A program made the position numbers and the translations under genes. 64,000 bases of DNA, from the NCBI GenBank assembly GCA_963703955.1, contig CAVPGK010000010.1, positions 96,001-160,000 of the forward strand, in the 5' to 3' direction. Origin of the DNA: Nitrospirota bacterium. Its GTDB lineage: Bacteria > Nitrospirota > Nitrospiria > Nitrospirales > Nitrospiraceae. How positions within the stretch are numbered: the stretch's first letter is position 1; the number at the start of each line of letters is the position of its first letter. Under the pieces are notes generated by a model that was given only the letters and a program-made list of their open reading frames with translations, was not told the origin of the DNA and did not search any database. Below are positions 43,761-52,311 of the stretch, piece after piece.

Positions 43761-44363
43761 CGCGTCCTCCTTTGCCTATCCACGAAAAGCAATTCTGATC
43801 CCGTCTTTGTGTGGAAAGAACTACCAGGGCGGGAGGAGGTCTGTCAATTCGATCCGCATCTTCTCTATACGAGGGTTTTCCCTTTTCGCACAGGCCAAGC
43901 TTCCACGATGCCTGTAACCCGTCAGAATTCTTCACCCTGGCCTCCGTGACCGCATTGTATTGCGTTTGGCATAGGGTTGGGTTAACCATGCCGTATGATA
44001 GGGGACCTCTCAGACAGATAACCCTCGGAAGCCCCGCTGGCTCCAGCGGGATTACCACACTGACCGGGCCAGACGAGACTGCCATTCCCTCTGACTGGCT
44101 CATCTTGCAGACCAAATTCAACACATGGTATACGTACAGGCACGTGGATTGGTTGGCAAACCGAACATTTGCCATCTCTCACTGGAATTCCGGTGAAAAG
44201 ACTTCCGCTGACAAGCAAGCTCAGGTCGCATCGAGTCGACCACAAGAGGAACTCGAGAAAGCGGTGGGCAAACATTCGCAAGCAGGTAGCTTGTACAGTT
44301 CGTAGGTTCGTCGTCTAGGTAGCCTAATCAGTCCATTGCCAAGCAAGAATAGTCCACCATCGG

Positions 44364-45086
44364 GTGGCGGGAGTGGTTCCAGTGCGACCGGACAGTGCAA
44401 AGCTTGGACGGGGGTGGGAACATCTTCCTGGCAAGGCCTCTTTCGTATCCATTGGAGCAGACGGGACGGCCTTTCATATCGGTGACGGCGGATCGATCTG
44501 GGGTCGCACCGGGAGCAAGTGGGAGTCCTATCCGGGCCATGGCATCGGGGTGGCCGTTGAGCCCAAGGGGGTCCCGTGGCATTGGAATAGGATAGGCGAG
44601 ATGTATAGATGGGCCGATGACAGTTGGCAGCCGTGCCCAGGATTGGCGACATTTATGGCAATTGGTGCGGATGGTTGCGTCTGGCATGTCGGTCAGTGGG
44701 TCAATTTAATTGGTGGGCCGATATACCGCTGGCGCGGATCTGGTTGGGAGCAACAACCAGGGTTGGCCGCCGGCCTCGCTGTTGAACCGAATGGTACCCC
44801 TTGGCACTGGAATGCAGAAGGTCTGATCTATCGGTGGAATGGATCGTCATGGCAAGAGGTGCCTGGCAAAGCGCAGTTTATATCGATTGGACCGGAGGGA
44901 TCAGCGTGGCAGGTTGGCCTTCATCAGGCTTGGGAACAAGGATATGCCATGTCTCTGTGGAGTGAAGGGGAATGGCACACCATTGATGGAGCGGCGGTTG
45001 GAATAGCCACCGGTCCCAACGGTCTCCCGTGGCATTGGAACGCGAAGGGAGAAATCTATAGGAGATTAGAATCAAACCCAAGATGA
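44364..45086 (+). CDS. Trp-rich tectonin-like beta-propeller repeat protein (start uncertain)
   Basis: About six 35-40 aa repeats of W..PG.A..(I/V)(G/E)..G..WH....G.(I/M)YRW. Confidence 0.7.
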   Translation: MAGVVPVRPDSAKLGRGWEHLPGKASFVSIGADGTAFHIGDGGSIWGRTGSKWESYPGHGIGVAVEPKGVPWHWNRIGEMYRWADDSWQPCPGLATFMAIGADGCVWHVGQWVNLIGGPIYRWRGSGWEQQPGLAAGLAVEPNGTPWHWNAEGLIYRWNGSSWQEVPGKAQFISIGPEGSAWQVGLHQAWEQGYAMSLWSEGEWHTIDGAAVGIATGPNGLPWHWNAKGEIYRRLESNPR

Positions 45087-45336
45087 TGGGTCGTTCGAAT
45101 GAACTTTCTCCAAGAAACGATTCGGTTGGCACGAGACAAGGGTTGACCCATCCCTGGACGAGTTACCGCTTCCTTCCGGAGGTGGACAAAGCCTTTCCCG
45201 TAAGGAGACTTTCATCAAACCAAGAGTGGAAGTGGGGCTGCGTGGTGACGTATGATTCTTCTGGGAGCATCTATCTCACTCAACGAGTCAACGATCCATC
45301 GAGTAATAACAGGACGTGGGAACTTTTCGAGGCAAC

Positions 45337-45730
45337 GTGATCCACAAACCGATCGAGTTTCCGGACAGAGGAAGAAGGGTCGTGGCGGTAGTGCTGATGA
45401 TGACCTTCGCTGCCTTGACGCTCGCGCCGGCTGGCTTGGGTCAGCTTGATAGCCAGGCATTTGCTGCGGAGGGCTCCGCTGACTCATCTCAGCGGTGTAG
45501 GGATCAAGATTGCGAGCTGGCTGGCGACGATTCCTTACGGTCTCGCCAAAGTTGTGTATGCCGTCACCGGCTCCATCGTCGGTGGGTTCACATACGTGCT
45601 TTCCGGCGGGAACACAGAAGCGGCGAAGTCCGTCTGGACCTCGAGCATGTACGGTACGTACATTATCCGCCCAGAACATTTGAAGGGCGATGACCCGGTC
45701 CATTTTGTGGGTACGGCCGAGGACCGCTAA
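45337..45730 (+). CDS. Conserved hypothetical membrane/exported protein (frameshift near 45490)
   Basis: Signal-like N-terminus in one frame, continuing as SWLATIPYGLAKVVYA..GG..YVLSGGN...GTYIIRPEHLKGDDPVHFVG. Confidence 0.6.
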
Positions 45731-45875
45731 GGCGGACTCGACATCAGTCGACATCCTTTCTGTTCGCCCCATCTCAACTTTCCATCGCACCTGTAACGAT
45801 CCCTGAACCGGCGAGACTTGACCGTAAGGTCCGAAAGATGGCCGGCAGCCTTCAGCCATCCTACAGCCTCCGCGC

Positions 45876-46841
45876 TCAAGACCCTGACTTCGCGCAGCGA
45901 AAGCCGATGGTCGCCATACGTTGGTCCGGGAACCCACCGTTGCGCGTCGCCGCGCGTAGCAGGTTCGGCCGGCTCTTCCATGACCCGCCGCGCACCCCCT
46001 TGTAACGGCCTGCGGTGGGGCCGGGTGGATTACGGTCCGGCATGATGGCGTAGTAGTCGAACCCAAACCAGTCCTGAACCCATTCGGCCACGTTGCCGGC
46101 CATGTGGCGGACGCCATACGGGCTCTGTCCTTCTTCCCCACTGTTGACGGCCGCCACGAGCGGGATTTCGTGAACGTGATACTGGCCGAACACAGCCAAG
46201 CCGGGCTCTGGCTTGGCGTGGCCCCACGGAAAGAGGTTTCCCTCGCTTCCACGAGCCGCCTTTTCCCATTCGGCCTCGGTCGGCAGACGTTTTCCTTGCA
46301 CGTGGCAAAAGTCGGCCGCCTCAGCCCACGTCACATAGAGGACAGGCCAGCTCGCAATCACATAGTCCGGCATGTAGTGCACCGTGATGACATGCCAGAT
46401 GAGTCGTTGGAGCTCCTCGGGCGGTGGCCGATCCCGCTCGTACACATGGGCCAGATACTCGGCGATGCTCGCCTCGTCGCGATCGATCGCATAGGCGTCG
46501 AGCCAGACGCGTCGCTGCGGTAGTTCCGTGTCGTCGAACTGAGTGTCCATTCCGTACGGATCATCGTCCTTGCGCGTGGTTCCCATGAGAAACCATCCTT
46601 CCGGGATGTTCACGATGGGAGAGGATTGGGAGAGCTTCGCGATGGAGATCAAGTGACGGGCCAGTTCGGCAGAAGGGTCAGCTCGAGCGACCAAGAGAGT
46701 CGTGTGCTCCGACCAGACGATGACCAGCACCAGGAAGGCAATGCAAAAGCGCCGGGTCGTTGGTTGGGTAGTGCTCACAACTCTGTATACAGAAACGGAT
46801 GGGCAGACACAACTCTGAGTGGGGTAGACAAACAGGGGCAT
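45876..46841 (-). CDS. SUMF1/FGE-sulfatase-domain protein (start uncertain; not a DGR target)
   Basis: IPEGWFLMG, KRLPTEAEWEKAARG, MAGNVAEWVQDW and RGGSW...IGFRCA. Confidence 0.88.
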   Translation of the reverse strand: MPLFVYPTQSCVCPSVSVYRVVSTTQPTTRRFCIAFLVLVIVWSEHTTLLVARADPSAELARHLISIAKLSQSSPIVNIPEGWFLMGTTRKDDDPYGMDTQFDDTELPQRRVWLDAYAIDRDEASIAEYLAHVYERDRPPPEELQRLIWHVITVHYMPDYVIASWPVLYVTWAEAADFCHVQGKRLPTEAEWEKAARGSEGNLFPWGHAKPEPGLAVFGQYHVHEIPLVAAVNSGEEGQSPYGVRHMAGNVAEWVQDWFGFDYYAIMPDRNPPGPTAGRYKGVRGGSWKSRPNLLRAATRNGGFPDQRMATIGFRCAKSGS

Positions 46842-46951
46842 TCCGGAGAAGGTTTTGCAACCGGGCAGTTGCTAGCCTCGATGGAACGAATGAAGAAAAA
46901 GATCGAGACGCTCGTGTAAACGGCGCGGGTGGGGAGAGCCGAAGCCCGGAG

Positions 46952-48085
46952 CTATTCTCTAAGCTTGGCTCTCTGAGATTCGGTGAGGACCTTGGCCTTC
47001 CAGGCCCGCGCTAGGCGGTGTGCCCTGGAAACCTGCGCGGGCGCCATGTCCTTCAGAATCGCCTCCTGAAGCTCTTTGGCTTCCTCATTGTGCTGGTCTG
47101 CGGACAGGGTTGCCCAGAGATACGCTTCGATGAGGTCCTTGGGGACGCCGAGTCCCAGCCAATAGGCCATGGCGAGATTGAGTTGCCCGCTGGCATCGCC
47201 TTGGTCGGCCGCTTCGCGAAACCAGCGGACCGCTTCTGCGCCGTCCTGGGGCACGCCGTCGCCTTTGGCGTACATCAGCCCGAGGCTCACTTGTGCTCCG
47301 GCATGACCTTGGTCTGCCGCGAGGCGGGACCAATAGAGCGCTTCCGCAGCGTCCTTGGCGACTTCGCCGCCTATCAGGTAAATGCAGCCTACGAGATATT
47401 GAGCGTCAGGCAACCCGTGCTCCGCGGCCTGATGAAGGAGGCCCAGCGCCATATGAATATCTTGGGGTACCCCATGACCTTGCAAATACCTCAGTCCCAG
47501 ATTATGCGATGCGGTCGGATGTCCCTGCGCGGCGGCCAATCTATACCAGGAGATCGCTGTCGCCTCATCTTGCGGAACGCCCTGTCCTATCGAATGCATC
47601 ATCCCAAGGCTGTATTGGGCATGCGCCATCCCTTGCACAGCCGCCCGCTGAAACCAACGCAAGGCTTCCCGATAGTCCCGCGCCACTCCCTGACCGTGGT
47701 GATACATCACAGCTAACAACATCTGCGATGTCTGATCTCCTTGCTCAGCCGACCGGCGGAACCAGCGCGCCGCCTCCATATCGTCTTGGGGAACCCCCAG
47801 GCCGGAGAGGTAGAGAAGTCCCAGGTGGTATTGACCTAAGGCGAGACCGCGGGACGCAGCTTTCCGGTACAACCGCGCGGCTTCGGCATAATCCGAGGGC
47901 CCCGTCGCGCCATTTTGATAGATTCTCCCGATGAGGACATCGGCTAACGCCGCCGCGAGATCGGCAGTCGGCTGATCCGCTGAGACGGAACGATCGGGTT
48001 CATTGAGAGCATGATCGGAGAGGTCCGCAAATGTCGGCCTCGGAAAGAAGAGACAGGCTATGATCAGTCCTATGAGAACCCGCAT
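46952..48085 (-). CDS. Exported Sel1-repeat protein
   Basis: Signal peptide and about 8 repeats of AQ..LG.MY..G.GVPQD..EA..WF..AA.QG. Confidence 0.9.
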   Translation of the reverse strand: MRVLIGLIIACLFFPRPTFADLSDHALNEPDRSVSADQPTADLAAALADVLIGRIYQNGATGPSDYAEAARLYRKAASRGLALGQYHLGLLYLSGLGVPQDDMEAARWFRRSAEQGDQTSQMLLAVMYHHGQGVARDYREALRWFQRAAVQGMAHAQYSLGMMHSIGQGVPQDEATAISWYRLAAAQGHPTASHNLGLRYLQGHGVPQDIHMALGLLHQAAEHGLPDAQYLVGCIYLIGGEVAKDAAEALYWSRLAADQGHAGAQVSLGLMYAKGDGVPQDGAEAVRWFREAADQGDASGQLNLAMAYWLGLGVPKDLIEAYLWATLSADQHNEEAKELQEAILKDMAPAQVSRAHRLARAWKAKVLTESQRAKLRE

Positions 48086-48390
48086 GCCAGATCTCGCCTT
48101 GTGGTGATCCATGAAGCGTGACGGAAAGACAATCAGTACGTCATCCACCTGAGCGGGCATCATCGGGGAGAACCGGTGTCGAGAACAATTAGCCTTTGGT
48201 CATAGGACGTTGGTCTAGTGGGTCACTCCAGGGGAGACGCCGGTCAGTTAGAGAGTCGGGTCTGGACCGGACGTTGGATCAGGGGCACCGTGAAAAATGG
48301 CACTCGGGGACAGCCCGGTACACGCCCGTGATCGTATCTGATTGAATACGGGTGGTATCTACTTCGATACAGTTTTTTTGGACCGGCTGA

Positions 48391-49071
48391 CTTCTGCTCG
48401 ACACGCTGCTACATGCGAGAGACGAGGAAACGGGGGCAGGCTTGAACGACCAGCAACTTCGAGATGAGATGTCGACCATCTTCAGCGCCGGCCATGAAAC
48501 GACCGCAAACGCCCTATCCTGGACCTGGTATCTCTTAGCAAGCCATCCCGAGGTGCGCGTACGGCTGCAGGACGAACTGGCACGGGTGCTCGATGGACGG
48601 CCACCGACTGGAGACGATCTGCCGCGCCTGGCGTATACCCAAGCCGTGTTTGAAGAGACCCTGCGGCTGTACCCACCGGCTCCGGCCGTGCAGCGCCGAG
48701 TGACCGCCGAGACGAGGCTCGTAGGCCACCACCTGCCGCTTGGATCCATCGTTCTGGTCAGCATCCGTAATATCCATCGGCATCCCGGCTTCTGGAAAGA
48801 GCCGGAGAGGTTCAACCCCGACCGCTTCCTTCAAGACGAAACCAAGTCTCGGCACCGCCTGGCCTATCTGCCGTTCGGCGCCGGTTCACGAATCTGTGTA
48901 GGGAGTCACTTTGCGCTGGTGGAGGGTCCACTGCTGCTCGCGCTGATCGCGCAGCAATATGACTTGAACCTGGTGCCCGGGCACCCCGTGGAGCCCGAGC
49001 TGACCGTGACCCTCCGTCCGCGCTATGGGTTGCTGATGACGCGGCAGAAACGATACGCGAAGAGGGCCTGA
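48391..49071 (+). pseudogene. Cytochrome P450, C-terminal half only
   Basis: AGHETTA I-helix, EETLRLYPP, PERFNPDRF and heme motif FGAGSRICVG. An in-frame TGA lies at 48388-48390 and no N-terminal half is recognisable. Confidence 0.8.
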
Positions 49072-49379
49072 TGAAGATCGAGCACTGGAATCAGTCAGTG
49101 GATGGGCAGCTCTCCGAAGCGGCGCTCCGGCGGAAATTGGAGTGCTTGGGCTATGAGACCTCCCGCTACATCTATCCACCCGGGACCTACTTTGCGGATC
49201 ACACCCATGGTATCGATAAGATGGATGCCGTGGTCTCCGGACGATTCCGAATGATCGTCGAAGGACGGGAACTGCTGCTGGAAGCCGGCGATGCCCTGGC
49301 AATCCCATGCGGGACGGTCCACTCCGCAGAAGTGGTTGGCGACGAGGCCGTGGTGAGTCTAGACGGGACAAGGGGATAG
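49071..49379 (+). CDS. Cupin-domain protein
   Basis: PPGTYFADHTH...VVSG...LEAGDALAIPCGTVHSAEVVG. Confidence 0.85.
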   Translation: MKIEHWNQSVDGQLSEAALRRKLECLGYETSRYIYPPGTYFADHTHGIDKMDAVVSGRFRMIVEGRELLLEAGDALAIPCGTVHSAEVVGDEAVVSLDGTRG

Positions 49380-49792
49380 GAGGAAGCGAGCTGCTTGGAA
49401 TAGTTCTTCTGCTCCCGCAGCGCGCACAATAAGAATGTGCTCGCTGGACGGCCGCAATAGGGAACCATCCCAACCAGCCTGCTCGTTGTAAGGAGGAAGG
49501 TGGAGAAGACTGAACGTGAATTGGGACCATAGAGGCGCAGGTCATTCTAAGCTATTCGAATGGCCACACCAAAAGTCCTTGAGATTCTGGACCAGCTGCT
49601 CAGGCTGCTGAAGCAGCGTGTCAAGCAAGGCAAGGGTTGGATCTTCAGGGACGGCCTCATGAACTCGGTGGGCTTCAGCAAATCCTCTCATCAGCACGAG
49701 ACGTTTCTCGGCCTGACCCGGCGCACGCTCGACGTTGACGGCGGTCCGGATGGCTAATTCGGCCAACGTCTTTCCAACGGCCGGGTCCATCC

Positions 49793-50785
49793 TTACATCA
49801 GCAATTCGGCGAGGCCGTACAGCGGCCATGTGCGGCCATCATACGAGAGTTCGCCGCGCACAATGCCCATGGAAAATCCGCCGATCACCCAATTCTTGAT
49901 GCCTTTCCGCTCGGAGAGCATGAGCGCGATCGAACCGGAACCTTTGGCGCCTCGCCAGGTGATGCGCCACTCCGTCGGCCATCTATAGAAGCCGAGCGCG
50001 AACTCTCGGTTCAGAATGATGATGTCAAGCTCATCAAACACGTCTGTTTGCTCATTCAGGACCATGAATCCAGCAAGCTTGCCGACCAATGGCGTGATAC
50101 GCTCGCTCTGTTGGCTGTGCATATACACGTCGCCGGCTCCATCGAGTGACAGGTACAAACCTTGAAATTCCTTCCATAGGCCGATGTAGGTCCGCCTGAG
50201 ACGGTTGAAGTCCGGCATGATGAGATATTCGTAGATCACGCGGCCAGGGATCGTCCGGTCCTGCCACGTGAGAACAGCCGAGGCGGAGCCCATCCACACG
50301 ACCGAGTGCTCGTGAGAGCGGAGCTGCCTCTGTGGAATGGGATCGATCCGAAGGATCAACTCATTTATGCCGCTGGTAACCGTGAGTCCGGCTTCGGGAG
50401 TACCCTCGAATTGAAAAAAGCGGGAATCCGGAATGCGAACGAGTTCTTTCTTGGGGTTGTCGTAAGAGCCGTTGCCGGCCACGTCTATCCATCCTTTGTG
50501 CTGGTCGTGAAGGACCACAGAGTGTTCAGCCTGAAACGCGTCTCCATCCCGCCCCCGATTATTGTCCAAGGCAAATGCCACGCGGCCTTGGCTGTCCGCG
50601 CCGACGAACGAGAAATAGTCGGAGACATAGACGAGTGTGGAGTTCAAAGCCGCTTCGACCACAACGTGAGGAGGAGCAGGAGGAGCGGGAGTCGTAGTCT
50701 CTGTCGCCTGAGCAGGAAAGAGCGAGAACATGATCAAGACGAAATTCACGACTGTCCCGCGAAGATGACGCCTATCAACTGACAC
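49793..50785 (-). CDS. Exported hypothetical beta-rich protein
   Basis: 330 aa ORF with a signal peptide, abutting the stop of the upstream SGNH gene. Confidence 0.65.
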   Translation of the reverse strand: MSVDRRHLRGTVVNFVLIMFSLFPAQATETTTPAPPAPPHVVVEAALNSTLVYVSDYFSFVGADSQGRVAFALDNNRGRDGDAFQAEHSVVLHDQHKGWIDVAGNGSYDNPKKELVRIPDSRFFQFEGTPEAGLTVTSGINELILRIDPIPQRQLRSHEHSVVWMGSASAVLTWQDRTIPGRVIYEYLIMPDFNRLRRTYIGLWKEFQGLYLSLDGAGDVYMHSQQSERITPLVGKLAGFMVLNEQTDVFDELDIIILNREFALGFYRWPTEWRITWRGAKGSGSIALMLSERKGIKNWVIGGFSMGIVRGELSYDGRTWPLYGLAELLM

Positions 50786-51471
50786 TACTTCACCCCCAAT
50801 GCCGGCAGAATCTCCTGCAGGAGCAGGAGGGCAAGTTCACGATGGCCGGCATCGTTGGGATGAAAGCCATCGAGGTCAAAGACCAGATCCTCGCGAACCG
50901 GTTGGGCAAAAAGATCAACAATCGGCGCACCCACTTCTCGTGCTTCCTGCTCAATCGCGCGGTTGAATGCTTGGACGCGCTCGGGTGTCACGACGGGATT
51001 GGGATCTCTCCGGAACCGAGGGAGTTTGGTGAGATCTGGAAGATTGGCAACCACGATGATCTTAGAGACATCTTTCTTGAGGGTTTGTAGGAGGAACCGC
51101 AGGTCCTCCTGAAAGGGCTTGGGATCATCTCCATGGACGAGATCGTTCCCTCCGGTCCATAAAGTGACCAGATGAGCCCTCGTGCCGACACGCGTCGCGA
51201 GCCTGACCTGCTCCTTGATGAGATCGATGCGCGCGCCGGGAACGCCGAGATTGAGGAGGGCGACCCCTGGCAACCGTCTGTCCAGTTCCGAGTTGATGAG
51301 GAAGACATAGCCTTCGGTCGTCGGCAAGGCGCCCACCCCCGCTGCATCACTTGCGCCCAATGCAAGATAGACGAATTCGATCTTCTTCTCGTGCGGCCCT
51401 TTCACACACGCCGACACACTGAAACAGGTGGCGATCGCCATGACCATGGCGAGGAGACGATGGGATTTCAT
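50785..51471 (-). CDS. SGNH/GDSL hydrolase lipoprotein
   Basis: Lipobox VSAC, YLALGASDA, NLGVPGA, TGGNDL and DGFHPN. Confidence 0.85.
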   Translation of the reverse strand: MKSHRLLAMVMAIATCFSVSACVKGPHEKKIEFVYLALGASDAAGVGALPTTEGYVFLINSELDRRLPGVALLNLGVPGARIDLIKEQVRLATRVGTRAHLVTLWTGGNDLVHGDDPKPFQEDLRFLLQTLKKDVSKIIVVANLPDLTKLPRFRRDPNPVVTPERVQAFNRAIEQEAREVGAPIVDLFAQPVREDLVFDLDGFHPNDAGHRELALLLLQEILPALGVK

Positions 51472-51800
51472 GGCGCCGACTCCTGACAAAGGTGATTGGT
51501 ACGCCTAGAGGGTATCTTGAAAGAACCATTGAAGATATCAGTCCTAGGCCTACAGGAGATCAGTTCATCATGCTGTCGGCAGAGCGCGGTCAAATGAGCA
51601 AGTTTGGGCCGTGAGATCACAGTGGTGACCCTAAGGAGATTTCGACGACGGTGACAGAAGAGACCGGAAAAAACCAGTTGTCTTGGTGTACGGCCGATGG
51701 TAACTTCGCTCCCACAGAATTCGCAGGCCAGGGAAAGCGCCTGCGAGAGCCCCTTGGGATTACGAACCTATACGACACGTAGGGAGGGATCGTCGAAGCC

Positions 51801-52292
51801 ATGCCGACAACACTATACTCTATACGGCTTCTCATGGGACTGATAGCCCTGGTATTCACGGCGTGCTCCACGCTCCCGCGCGATATTGAGCCGCTACGGA
51901 TGAACATCGTCAATATCGCACCTAAAGATATTGCTATCTTTGAGCAGCGGTATGACGTGCAGCTCCGTATCCTGAATCCCAACGACTCGGACTTGGGCAT
52001 CAAAGGCTTGCGCTTTGATATCGAGTTGAACGACCAGCAGTTCGCGAGTGGGATGTCAGGGCAGAAAGTCACCGTGCCTCGCTTCGGCTCTGAAGTGGTC
52101 AATGTGGAAGTCACCAGCGGCCTCAGCAGCCTTGTTCGCCAAGTAGAACAGATGAACAAGACAGGTATGAACAAGGTTCGTTATCGGATTAAAGGCACCG
52201 CATTTGTGGAGTCCCCCGGTAACTACAAGGCGCCATTTGATGAGAAAGGTGAGATCGACTTCACCTCATCATCAGCAGGCGACAGTCAATAG
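51801..52292 (+). CDS. LEA_2/WHy-domain lipoprotein
   Basis: Lipobox FTAC; LRILNPND...IELNDQQFASG...TVPRFGSEVV. Confidence 0.85.
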   Translation: MPTTLYSIRLLMGLIALVFTACSTLPRDIEPLRMNIVNIAPKDIAIFEQRYDVQLRILNPNDSDLGIKGLRFDIELNDQQFASGMSGQKVTVPRFGSEVVNVEVTSGLSSLVRQVEQMNKTGMNKVRYRIKGTAFVESPGNYKAPFDEKGEIDFTSSSAGDSQ

Positions 52293-52311
52293 CCAAGCTG
52301 CACGCGGCGTG

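Noticed and set aside
43811..44305. 164 aa plus-strand ORF upstream of the tectonin-like gene
   Set aside because: No recognisable domain or RBS, so I cannot support it as coding.
45876..46000. C-terminus of the second full FGE-sulfatase gene as a third DGR target
   Set aside because: It is similar at protein level (RGGSW...IGFR), but the DNA differs from TR at many non-adenine positions, including non-synonymous ones, and the post-VR element is absent.
46952..47950. Periodic DNA repeats as a CRISPR or tandem array
   Set aside because: They are explained by 36-aa Sel1 protein repeats. I saw no CRISPR array, tRNA or rRNA gene anywhere in the window.
49599..49690. Partial inverted repeat (GCTGCTGAAGC...GCTTCAGCA) as a REP or MITE
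   Set aside because: It is short and imperfect, with no convincing second copy in the window.
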